Below are positions 13,835 to 22,920 of a stretch of DNA of 53,614 bases, one piece after another. The DNA is from an uncultured Bacillota bacterium. Its GTDB lineage: Bacteria; Bacillota_I; Bacilli_A; RF39; UBA660. The DNA lies in the NCBI GenBank assembly GCA_947246355.1, contig CAMXQX010000002.1, positions 1 through 53,614 on the forward strand, given 5' to 3'. Every line of letters starts with the position of its first letter. Position 1 is the first letter of the stretch. A program made the position numbers and the translations under genes. The notes below the pieces were generated by a model. The model did no database searches. It was not told the origin of the DNA and was given only the letters and a program-made list of their open reading frames with translations.

Positions 13835-15594
13835 ACAAACCAATTCGCTCGAATATCACAGCTACTGCTGGAAGGGCTTGGATTTGGCATATCTAGAGAA
13901 ATAATGACAGGAACCTTAAAAGCAGAACCAAAAGCAACACAAGTTCCTGGCTGTAATATTTTTATTTTTTTTATGGTCTCATTTGTGATATTTGGCACAA
14001 TTTCACGAATATATTCAATGTCTTTAGGATGCAACATCCTAAAAATTAAAAAATTAGAACACTGTGATAAGCAAGTCTCTGATAACTCAGAAGGTCTTTG
14101 CGAAATAAGGCCCAACAAAACACCATATTTTCTACCTTCTTTAGTAATACGTTCAAAAATATTATACCCTAGTAAAAAGTTATCATTATCATTTTGCACA
14201 TAACGATGCGCTTCTTCTAAAACAATGTGAAAAGGCATACTCGCACGATTTTTTAATGCTTTCGCATAATCAAATAATAACTTCGAATAAATTTTTGTAA
14301 TATTTTTTGCTAAACGGTCATCAATATAATTGATATTAAAATTGATAATTTGAGCTTTATATCCCTCTTTCGTTGTTAGTAGTGATTTGATATAATCTTC
14401 TCTTGTTATATAATTGGGATAATCAAAATAGATACTTTCATCTCCACTTGCTAAAGAATGCATTCGAACCTTTAATACATTGGCCTCATCGTAAACCTTA
14501 TCACTTTTAAGGACACCTTCTGAAATGAGGGCAAAGTCAAAAGCATCTTTTAAATCATTTAAATTGTATTTAAATGTTCCATTAGGTAAAGTTAAAACAT
14601 AATCATCGGTCAAATAAGAGGAAATAAAATTCATAATCAGTTCCATTTCTCGAATCTTACCGCTTGCATCAATATTCATACAATGCTTAAGAGGTCTTGT
14701 ATACCCTGGCTGTTCAATTAAGGTTTCTAGATTTAATTCGCTTGTATTATAATAGGATAAAATGGAAAAAATTTGGTCACGAATCGCAGTAGACGGCCTT
14801 CCACTAGATAATATATCAAGCAAAGCCCTCGCAATAATATCATTTTTACTCTTGATAACTTGTTTTTCTTCCTGTGCGAAAATAGTAACCAATTTTAAAG
14901 CTTTTTCAATAATTTGGATTTGAGAATGCTTTTCTGCCCCAAGGAGTAGAGCAATATCATCCACGCTAAGAAGCCATAAAGGAATTTTAAGAAGTTCTGT
15001 ATCTTTATCATCTACATTCGTGGTATAGGCTTTAAACTGAATTCCAAAAACTTTATCGCTTAGTTTTTCAAAAGCAGTATGGTATTCTCCATATGCATCA
15101 AAAACAAAAATGCTTGCTTTATAAGGAAGGGGGTTTTCCTTCGAAAAAAGATTTTGAAAAATTCTAGCAATTCCACAAGATTTTCCTGTACCCGTCGAAC
15201 CAAAAACCGAAAAATGTTGACTAAAAAATTTATTAATATTGACATGAATATCCATATTTTTATAAATAGGACTCTTTCCTAAATATAAATCTCTTGTATC
15301 CTCATAATTCGCTACACTAATAATGTTTTTCACTAAAAATTCAGGAACCAGTTCAACGATAGAAGAAAAACCAGGTTTAGAAATAACACCAAAAACGAAT
15401 GCAGAACCTTGCATCTGTCCTACTAAGTGAATATCGGCAATTTCATTTTTTATATTGATAATTTCTCCAATTACATTTTTTTCTTCTGTCTTTAAAGATA
15501 CATAATGATGAATTAATTCCCTACTTTCTAATATATCTTGTTTTAGTCTTACATAAATGATATTTTCCTCAACACCAACCACTTTTCCTATCAT
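13822..15594 (-). CDS. HerA/DUF87-family ATPase, paralogue 1
   Basis: Start at MIGKVVG (GGGAGG RBS), by analogy with paralogue 2. HAS-barrel-like N-terminus, Walker A GSTGTGKS, and a Walker B region HIVLEEAHRY. Begins about 20 nt after yqeH. Confidence 0.7.
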   Translation of the reverse strand: MIGKVVGVEENIIYVRLKQDILESRELIHHYVSLKTEEKNVIGEIINIKNEIADIHLVGQMQGSAFVFGVISKPGFSSIVELVPEFLVKNIISVANYEDTRDLYLGKSPIYKNMDIHVNINKFFSQHFSVFGSTGTGKSCGIARIFQNLFSKENPLPYKASIFVFDAYGEYHTAFEKLSDKVFGIQFKAYTTNVDDKDTELLKIPLWLLSVDDIALLLGAEKHSQIQIIEKALKLVTIFAQEEKQVIKSKNDIIARALLDILSSGRPSTAIRDQIFSILSYYNTSELNLETLIEQPGYTRPLKHCMNIDASGKIREMELIMNFISSYLTDDYVLTLPNGTFKYNLNDLKDAFDFALISEGVLKSDKVYDEANVLKVRMHSLASGDESIYFDYPNYITREDYIKSLLTTKEGYKAQIINFNINYIDDRLAKNITKIYSKLLFDYAKALKNRASMPFHIVLEEAHRYVQNDNDNFLLGYNIFERITKEGRKYGVLLGLISQRPSELSETCLSQCSNFLIFRMLHPKDIEYIREIVPNITNETIKKIKILQPGTCVAFGSAFKVPVIISLDMPNPSPSSSSCDIRANWFVRKK

Positions 15595-15615
15595 AAAGCC
15601 TCCCATTTCTTCTTT

Positions 15616-16614
15616 TTATAAAAAACTTTTTCTTGTATAAACATCCACGTTTTTTAAAGTATACACTTTTATTTTTGCTTTTTTCATGACTTTAATAAAA
15701 CCTAAGCCTTCGATAACAATATCTTCTTTTTCGTTAATGGTAATCTCCTTTTTCTCTAAATTCTTTAACTTGTCATTGTCTTTATAAAAACGTAAAATAG
15801 GCAAATTATTTGAAAGATAAAAAACAATATTGTTGTCTTCTTCTACTTCCAATCGGACAAGCGAATCTATCAAAAAAATTTGATCACATTTTACTTGAAA
15901 TATGGTCGGCTTTAATTCGGATTTAGGAACAATTCTTCTTAGCGTTTCGGAATCAACTTTATCAACTATACTATTTTCTACAAGTAAACCTGGGGTGTCA
16001 ATAAAGGTAAGCTCATCGCTGATAGGTATCTCGATCATATCTAAAGTAGTGGAAGGAAGAATAGAGGTTGTAATTCGATTTGTTAAATTGGAGTAATTAT
16101 AAATAATCTTATTAATTAAAGTCGACTTTCCTGCATTGGTAATTCCAACCACATAAACTTTATTGGATTTTTTATATTCAAATACAAGTTCCATCAATTC
16201 GTCTAAGTGATAATTATTTTTACTACTGACAATGATTTTATCCACAACATGTAATGGCAACGTATCAAAATAATGCAATAGTTTTTCTTCATAAATCTGT
16301 TTAGGAACCAAATCTCTTTTCGTCAAAACCAAAAGGACATCATTATGAATATATTGGCAAAGCTCATGAATGCCACCAATGTTTAATAAGTCAACAAGAA
16401 CAAGAACAAGGTCTTTGCTTTTATCTATTTTTTTAAAAATTTTGGCAAAGTCTTGATTTGTCTTAGCAACAACTTTATATTCATTGTAATTTTGGATGCG
16501 AAAGCACCTTTCACATAGTTTTGATTTATCTATATTTTCTTTCTTTATAAAACCTTCCTTATCTTCAAACTCACTCTGTAAAGATAAGCCACAACCTGTA
16601 CACTTTTTATTCAT
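15616..16614 (-). CDS. yqeH: Ribosome biogenesis GTPase YqeH
   Basis: N-terminal zinc motif CTGCG...CERCFRIQNYNE, circularly permuted GTPase (TKRD before GITNAGKST). Conserved yqeG-yqeH order. Confidence 0.85.
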   Translation of the reverse strand: MNKKCTGCGLSLQSEFEDKEGFIKKENIDKSKLCERCFRIQNYNEYKVVAKTNQDFAKIFKKIDKSKDLVLVLVDLLNIGGIHELCQYIHNDVLLVLTKRDLVPKQIYEEKLLHYFDTLPLHVVDKIIVSSKNNYHLDELMELVFEYKKSNKVYVVGITNAGKSTLINKIIYNYSNLTNRITTSILPSTTLDMIEIPISDELTFIDTPGLLVENSIVDKVDSETLRRIVPKSELKPTIFQVKCDQIFLIDSLVRLEVEEDNNIVFYLSNNLPILRFYKDNDKLKNLEKKEITINEKEDIVIEGLGFIKVMKKAKIKVYTLKNVDVYTRKSFL

Positions 16615-17125
16615 AGTATCTCTCCTTATAAAACAAACCCTTCTTCGACATCTTTCTAAAAATAGCTTCTTCTCTTTTGCGATGAATACGTGTTAAAAAA
16701 TTCGTATCACTCGCTAAAGGAGAAACAAGAATAGTTGTAATTCCCACTTTGTTTCCCCCTTTAATGTCTGTTAAAAGCTGGTCTCCAATTATAGCAACTT
16801 CACAGGGTTCTACCTTATATTCCTTCAGTACCTTTAAAAAACTTCTCTTACATGGTTTAAACGCTAAAAAAACAAAGGGTATTTTTAATGATTCTCCTAT
16901 TTTTTTCACTCGATTTTTAGGACCATTGGAAAACAATATTACCTTGAAGTGTTCTTTTAAAAATTCGATTTTTTCCTTTATTTCAAAATGAATATCTTGC
17001 TCTTTATTTTTTAATATTGTATTATCCATATCGATTAAAATCAATCGAATTCCTTTTTCTTTCAAGGAATCAAAATGAATATCTGTTATCTTGTTTTGAT
17101 AAATATCTGGTCTTACCCTTTCCAT
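16607..17125 (-). CDS. yqeG: YqeG-family HAD-IIIA phosphatase
   Basis: LILIDMDNTIL HAD motif I and GDQLLTDI motif. Overlaps the yqeH start by 8 nt. Confidence 0.8.
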   Translation of the reverse strand: MERVRPDIYQNKITDIHFDSLKEKGIRLILIDMDNTILKNKEQDIHFEIKEKIEFLKEHFKVILFSNGPKNRVKKIGESLKIPFVFLAFKPCKRSFLKVLKEYKVEPCEVAIIGDQLLTDIKGGNKVGITTILVSPLASDTNFLTRIHRKREEAIFRKMSKKGLFYKERYYE

Positions 17126-17175
17126 AGAACACTTCCCTTATATATATTTATTTTAGCATACAAAAAAAAAGAAAA

Positions 17176-17562
17176 CTAGTCTTTTCTTTTTTCAAATTTT
17201 TGTTTTATTATCCTTCTTTGTTTTTCAATTTCACCATATTGCTCTGTTTGCTCTAAATCAATAATGTCTTCTATGTCTTCCATTCTAAAAGGAATGGTCC
17301 CTATAATAATAGAAAAGAAAAGAAAAAAAGTAGCCAAAACATAATCCATTTTATCATTTCCTAAAACATAACAGGTAAGACTAGAAGAAAAAGCCATGCT
17401 TCCTGTTGTAAAACAAATTAACTTTTCTCTTAATTTTTTTTCCTTTTTTTCTAAACTAATAACTAATTTATGGTAATATTCCTTTTGTTTTTCTCTAGGA
17501 ATTCTCTTTAACTCCATCCATTTATCTAACAATACAAATGTTCTTTCTAAATTTTCTTCCAT
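17176..17562 (-). CDS. Hypothetical two-TM membrane protein
   Basis: 128 aa, perfect AAAGGAGGA RBS, two central hydrophobic segments. Confidence 0.6.
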   Translation of the reverse strand: MEENLERTFVLLDKWMELKRIPREKQKEYYHKLVISLEKKEKKLREKLICFTTGSMAFSSSLTCYVLGNDKMDYVLATFFLFFSIIIGTIPFRMEDIEDIIDLEQTEQYGEIEKQRRIIKQKFEKRKD

Positions 17563-17631
17563 AATCCTCCTTTAGTTATATGTACTACATCTTTTCTTTT
17601 CTCTTTCATACTTTATGATAGGTGATTATCT

Positions 17632-17820
17632 ATGCAAAACAATTGCAATCGTTGCAATCATAATAAGGGGTGTGGGTGTTGCTACCCTTGTATGCTTATT
17701 TTTATTATTTTAGCGTTATACCAACTCATTTTAACTTTTTTTATTCTTACAAGATTTAATTTTTTTCTTTTCTTTTTCTTCTTATTTTTAACTTTTTTAT
17801 TTTTCTTGTTTACGATATGA
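17632..17820 (+). CDS. Possible small Cys-rich membrane peptide (uncertain)
   Basis: 62-aa ORF with an AGGTGA RBS 7 nt upstream, in an otherwise empty 234-nt gap. The N-terminus CNRCNHNKGCGCCYPC has 7 Cys in 16 residues and is followed by a Phe/Leu-rich tail. The tail is partly antisense to ysxE, so it may be an artefact. Confidence 0.3.
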   Translation: MQNNCNRCNHNKGCGCCYPCMLIFIILALYQLILTFFILTRFNFFLFFFFLFLTFLFFLFTI

Positions 17821-18684
17821 ATTTACCCATTTAAGGCATTTGTATAAAAGATCAATTTCCTTTGTAAAATAGCTGCAAGTTTCAAATAAGGAATCCCCAA
17901 ATTCCAATTTAGAAGGGATAGCAATCAATACCAAAAGAAGTATCCTCTCCTCCTCTAGAAGGGGATATTTTTTCTCGTACTCTTGTAGCAGAAAGGCAAA
18001 ATCAAAGGCAAGGGCATGATTCTTATACAGTTTATATAAATCAAAGATAGGGATATCAATTCTAGCCTGATCCCAACTTGTAAGATAGGAATTTTGATTT
18101 TTTATGAAATGATCTAATTTTAAATTGTTATGAAGAACAACAAACCTCGCTTTATTTTTTGTTTGGACAAGCTCATACCATTTTTCTAAGTTTTCTTTTG
18201 CATAATAAAGACAAGAAAATAACAAATTGATATTACGCGATAATAAATAAGCCGAGGGAGAGGGATAGATTTCTTTTTCAATCATTTCAATCATATCGCT
18301 ATAATACTCCTCTAAATGCTCAATATTTCCAGAAATGTCTTCATACATTTTTTTAAAATAATCCACTTCTATTTCTTTATAAAAAGTAGTCTTACTATGA
18401 AGAAGTGCTACCAAATCCACTAAATCAACAACTCTTTGTTCCTCTGGATACTCTATATTAGGAATATAAGGTGTAATTTCATAGTCATCGTCGTCATTTA
18501 ATACTTTTGGATAGTAATTGAAGTGCCTTGAATCCAAATATCTATATATATCCTTTTTGTATTCACTTTTTTTCTTAACAGCATACACTTCTCCATCTGA
18601 TTCTATAAAATAAAGTTTTCCATATTTTTCATAACGAGTTGGCTTTAAATTATGTTTTTTTAAAAAATTATGAAGCTGTTTCAT
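17797..18684 (-). CDS. ysxE: CotS/YsxE-family spore coat kinase-like protein
   Basis: 295 aa. Phosphotransferase-like HNNLKLDH motif. Lies immediately downstream of, and overlapping, the SpoVID-like gene, as in the B. subtilis spoVID-ysxE operon. Confidence 0.6.
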   Translation of the reverse strand: MKQLHNFLKKHNLKPTRYEKYGKLYFIESDGEVYAVKKKSEYKKDIYRYLDSRHFNYYPKVLNDDDDYEITPYIPNIEYPEEQRVVDLVDLVALLHSKTTFYKEIEVDYFKKMYEDISGNIEHLEEYYSDMIEMIEKEIYPSPSAYLLSRNINLLFSCLYYAKENLEKWYELVQTKNKARFVVLHNNLKLDHFIKNQNSYLTSWDQARIDIPIFDLYKLYKNHALAFDFAFLLQEYEKKYPLLEEERILLLVLIAIPSKLEFGDSLFETCSYFTKEIDLLYKCLKWVNSYRKQEK

Positions 18685-19354
18685 TAATAAATGGAATTAA
18701 AATTTTATCATTTATATTCATATTTGATAAATCGTTATAATCCTCTAAGTCACTTTTAGAAACTCCATATTTCGTTAAAATGGACTCAACAGTATCTCCT
18801 TCTCTTACGATATATACTTTATAGCTTTTATACGTTTCTGTGCTTTCTGCACTCATAGCCGTAAAAGCGGTATCTTCTTCTTCAATGCATCTTTCTTTTG
18901 GTTTTACTTCTTCCAAAACTTCTTTTACCTCTTCTTTTTCTTCCTCTATCACCTCTTCCGTTTCTTCTTTTATTGCATTCCTATTGTCTACCATTTCTTC
19001 TTTCATCTCCTCTTTTTCCTCTATTTTTTTCTCTTCCAATTTATCAAGACAAACGTCAATACTTACTGCTAATACCTTATTGTTGATAATTTCATAGTAA
19101 AAATCATCAATATCAATGGTTGCGTTTTTTAAATCATATTTTTCATCCATATGAATTTCAAAAGGAATTTCATAAAAAAATTTTTCTAAAGAAGTAGAAT
19201 TCTCTGTAATACGATAATCTCCATTTACTAAGAAATTTCCACTAATTAAATAAGTGTCCTTAATACTTAATGTATGCTCTAATGAAATACTAGCGATTTC
19301 TAAGACATCCGTTTTAAACAGTAAATCTTTTTTAAAAGGAACTATTTTTTTCAT
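18668..19354 (-). CDS. spoVID: SpoVID-like spore morphogenetic protein with a C-terminal LysM domain
   Basis: ATG at 19354 behind AAGGAG. The N-terminal region VLEIASISLEH...GDYRI...IDDFYYEI resembles the SpoVID N-domain. An acidic linker follows, then LysM (YIVREGDTVESILTKYGVSKSDLEDYN). Confidence 0.65.
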   Translation of the reverse strand: MKKIVPFKKDLLFKTDVLEIASISLEHTLSIKDTYLISGNFLVNGDYRITENSTSLEKFFYEIPFEIHMDEKYDLKNATIDIDDFYYEIINNKVLAVSIDVCLDKLEEKKIEEKEEMKEEMVDNRNAIKEETEEVIEEEKEEVKEVLEEVKPKERCIEEEDTAFTAMSAESTETYKSYKVYIVREGDTVESILTKYGVSKSDLEDYNDLSNMNINDKILIPFINETAS

Positions 19355-19400
19355 CACATCATCTCCTTAATAAAATCATATTATAGCGTCTTTCAAAATA

Positions 19401-19427
19401 GAACAAAAAAGAGAATTGTATTCTCTT
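19401..19427 (-). terminator. Intrinsic terminator after the disrupted gene
   Basis: AAGAGAAT / TGT / ATTCTCTT (8 bp), followed by TTTTGTTC on the minus strand. Confidence 0.55.
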
Positions 19428-19600
19428 AAAATTTTTGCCATAACATAATAAGGATAGTACCACCTTTATTGTATAGCATGAAGCATGTAGCACAAAAATT
19501 TTTAAATATTAATTTAAATCAATAAACAAAAAATTACTAGTTATAAAGTAACTATCCCAATAATTTTATTAATTTTTCCTTTTATTAAATATAGTTTTGA

Positions 19601-20161
19601 TTAGTTTTCTAATACCTGTTTTTTTTGAAATCCAATAGGTAAATCCACACCTTCTAGCAATTCCATTTTTATATGCCCTTGTTTAAACCATAAAACATCT
19701 CTTAATGAATACATTTTGAAGTCAAGCAATTCGCATTGAGATACCATATTCATATTCTTTTTTCTTTCCTCCAGTGTCATAGAATTAAATCTCTGTGTAA
19801 TATTATTTTTTTCTTCTGCAATACTTTGACCTAATGCAATAGTTTCCTCTTCTGATAAATCTTTAGCTTCATTTTAATCTATCATCCGATCAATGCCTTT
19901 AAAAAAGTCAATTTCTTCTAGTTCTTCAAATTTAACAAATTCATATCTATTACTATCATTAATAACTATGCCATTCCCAAAAAACTTCATAAATACAGAT
20001 GCTGGTATTGCTAGATCAATTTGATTCAAATAAGCAATATCATTTTTTTGAACATATACAGCATTATCAGTAATTATTTTCATATACAAAAATCTCTTTA
20101 AGTAGTTAGTATATATCACTAGTTTTTTAAATAATCCAATAATTTTGAAAAGAAACTTCAT
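19601..20161 (-). pseudogene. Unknown-function gene interrupted by an in-frame TAA
   Basis: My own translation shows the 95-aa ORF (19874-20161) continues in the same frame for 90 more codons after TAA at 19874-19876 (NEAKDLSEEET...QKKQVLEN), ending at TAA 19601-19603. Confidence 0.5.
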
Positions 20162-20316
20162 TTAAAAGTAGTAAATTGGTAGTACAATACGGTTAGAATC
20201 TTATATATTTTTCCAAAAATCAATGCTTTATACTAAAATTTAAAACTTTTTATTTACAAAAGATGTAAATGATTTTTAAAAAAACTTTAATTTAAAAAAA
20301 TAAAACCCTTTAGGTT

Positions 20317-22920
20317 TTACTTTCTTAAGCTCCTATATATTTTTTCACAAGGATTATTAATCAGTAGAAAGAATTCTTCCATTCTTTTTTCATATTTTTT
20401 ATTTGGTTTACACCCTTGCTGTATTAAAGAAGACAGTTCTTCTAACAAAGCCTCTGCTTTCGTATATAGATTTCCAAAGGCATCTTTATGCTCTAAATCC
20501 AGCTCTCTATAAGTATGAAGTCCTGCATCAAACTCTACTTTATCGGGAACAAAATAAAGAATGGGTCTTTTTAAAAGAACAAAATCAAATTGAAACGAAG
20601 AAAAATCTGTAATAAAAATTTTATATTCTTCTATGTTGGTTTCTCCAAAATCCATATGAACATTTTCTACATGCTCAAGTTCATAAAATTTCGCATATTC
20701 CTTAAAAATAGGATGTAATTTAAAATCAAGAGTAAAATGATTTGTTTTAAGTAAAGACTGTAACTTCTTAGAATGAAGTAAATCATACGTTTCTTTAAAG
20801 AAACTAGAGTTTAAAAATTCACGGATCTTTAAATCTCTTTTTCCTTTGACCAAATTTCCAATTAAGTATTGTCTCCAAGAAGGAGCAAATAGAATTTTAT
20901 TCTTTTGTTCTACTAATTTGTTCTTCTTTTGCATTCTAGGCATTCCTGATTTAATAAAATCATGCTTTTCATAATTATATTTTTGTATTAAATTTTTCTC
21001 TTCAAATTCAGTTGAAATTACAAATTTAGAAATTTCTGTAAATTCTTTGGAATACATTTTTCTTAAATTGGCGTGCAAAATCCCATGTTGTAAATAGATA
21101 AGTTCGTATTTTTTAATATCAGTATACCATTCAATTCCATTATTAAAAGGACAATAAACTTGTAAATCCGTAAAAGAGGTCAGAATTTTATCACAACGTA
21201 AGAATATCTTTTTGTGTTTTAAAGTCTTAAATTTTAATAAGTATTTTTGCTCTTCTCTACTAAAATGCTTCTTTATTTTACCATAATCATCATCGTATAC
21301 ATAAAACCTCAAAACTCCATCTTTTTTCTTAAAATCATGTTTAAATTGAACACAACCATTATCAGGTACTCTTCCATTATCATAATATAGCCAAATTGGC
21401 TGTTTTTTAGGATACGTTTTCGCTAAAAAGCGATAGAGCACAATCTTATAATTTTTTTTCCCATATTTAAAAATATTTCGAGCACTATCCTTTACTCGTA
21501 AAAAAATTGTATTCTTTCTAATTTTGAATTTCTTTTTATTACAATCGATACAAAGTTTTTTATCATATAAAATGTGAGATGTAAACTTATTAAAATTAAA
21601 TAAAAGGGGTATCTTTATTCCATTTACCTTTGTATAAAGCTTAAATTCTTTTACATCTCTAAAATGTATACTTATCTTATATCCATAGATGGTATTGGTC
21701 TTCATCTTCGATTCATAATAAGAATAATTGGTTAAAAAAGTATCTATTCTTTCTTCTCTTTCTGTATTATTTTTATATTGTATATCTAAATATACATTTG
21801 GTTTTTCATCTTCATAAAGAATGGTGTTTAAATTTCCATATAAAATAAGTTGGTCATCCTTTATAAAGAAACGATAAATCGTAGAAGGTATATTTTTTCT
21901 TTTTACAATTTCCAAAGAACCACAACAAACTGTATACGTTCCATCTTGTTCCACGGTGATATTAAAATTTTCTTTTTTCAGTTTTAACAAATATACTTTA
22001 TGAAATATATTCATATAAGGAAGGGCAAGAATGACTTCATTATCAAGTTGACTCACTAAATTTACAATTCTATCCATTGCCCTCTTATATTCTTTTTTTT
22101 CATAATGATAAGGAAGCAAGTCATCTTGTTTGATACGCCAAGATAAATTATTTACATAAAGGGTTTGGATATATTTAGGAACGTGTCCATTTACTTTGTA
22201 TCTATCAAATAAGTATTCATAATAACTTGTAATTGTCTCAAAACTGTAATAGGCTTTGGTAATGGTATCATTTGCAGTTCCTACATGTCTCCTATAAATA
22301 TAAGAAGCATCATTACAAAAACCAATTTTTTTCTTCTGCATTACTATCTCTGTAGCAAACCTCTCATCTTCAGAAAAATTTTGGTCTACTGCAAATAGAA
22401 AATTTTTATCAAACCTATTTTTAATCATGATATTTACTGTGGCTTGAATGAGTGTATAATTTTCTTCCAAATCATAAACAGCAGTTCCCTTTTCAAACAT
22501 TTTACTATAACGAACATGAGGCTTAAGATTTCCATTTACATTATAAATAATCGGATAGGTCACTAAATCAATCTCATCATAGTGTTTTTCAAAAAAATGA
22601 AATAAATTTTTACATGTTTCTTCTGATAAAGCATCATCGGAGTCTAGGAATAAAATATATTTACCAAGAGCATGCTGCATTCCTATATTTCTTGTATCAG
22701 ATACACCTGTATTTTCTTTATCAATAATAACAACATTTTCCCCTTTATATTTTTGTATGATTTCTAAACTTTTATCTTTCGAACCATCATTGATTAAAAC
22801 CATTTGTATTTTTTGGGGGTCAAAACTTTGTTTCAAAACAGAAGTAATACACTCTTCCACATATTTTTCATTATTGTATACAGGAATAATGACTGATATA
22901 TCGTATTGGTATTTTTTCAT
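20317..22920 (-). CDS. Fused GT2 glycosyltransferase + CDP-alditol phosphotransferase (TagF/TarL-like)
   Basis: Start at MKKYQYD (AGAGGTGA RBS). The N-terminus ISVIIPVYN...LDSDD is GT-A family 2. The C-terminal half has the TagF-like Glyphos_transf pattern (LFAPSWR, ITDFSS). Confidence 0.75.
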   Translation of the reverse strand: MKKYQYDISVIIPVYNNEKYVEECITSVLKQSFDPQKIQMVLINDGSKDKSLEIIQKYKGENVVIIDKENTGVSDTRNIGMQHALGKYILFLDSDDALSEETCKNLFHFFEKHYDEIDLVTYPIIYNVNGNLKPHVRYSKMFEKGTAVYDLEENYTLIQATVNIMIKNRFDKNFLFAVDQNFSEDERFATEIVMQKKKIGFCNDASYIYRRHVGTANDTITKAYYSFETITSYYEYLFDRYKVNGHVPKYIQTLYVNNLSWRIKQDDLLPYHYEKKEYKRAMDRIVNLVSQLDNEVILALPYMNIFHKVYLLKLKKENFNITVEQDGTYTVCCGSLEIVKRKNIPSTIYRFFIKDDQLILYGNLNTILYEDEKPNVYLDIQYKNNTEREERIDTFLTNYSYYESKMKTNTIYGYKISIHFRDVKEFKLYTKVNGIKIPLLFNFNKFTSHILYDKKLCIDCNKKKFKIRKNTIFLRVKDSARNIFKYGKKNYKIVLYRFLAKTYPKKQPIWLYYDNGRVPDNGCVQFKHDFKKKDGVLRFYVYDDDYGKIKKHFSREEQKYLLKFKTLKHKKIFLRCDKILTSFTDLQVYCPFNNGIEWYTDIKKYELIYLQHGILHANLRKMYSKEFTEISKFVISTEFEEKNLIQKYNYEKHDFIKSGMPRMQKKNKLVEQKNKILFAPSWRQYLIGNLVKGKRDLKIREFLNSSFFKETYDLLHSKKLQSLLKTNHFTLDFKLHPIFKEYAKFYELEHVENVHMDFGETNIEEYKIFITDFSSFQFDFVLLKRPILYFVPDKVEFDAGLHTYRELDLEHKDAFGNLYTKAEALLEELSSLIQQGCKPNKKYEKRMEEFFLLINNPCEKIYRSLRK

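Noticed and set aside
13817-14203. 128-aa plus-strand ORF overlapping herA-like paralogue 1
   Set aside because: It is antisense to a well-supported ATPase gene that has a conserved paralogue. No RBS and no recognisable motifs.
17563-17796. Checked long intergenic gaps (17563-17796, 19358-19600, 29663-29953, 46879-47099) for tRNA, riboswitch or T-box-like structure
   Set aside because: I saw only short terminator-type hairpins and promoter-like hexamers. There was no cloverleaf or conserved riboswitch core I could recognise by eye. A covariance-model scan would be needed to exclude them.
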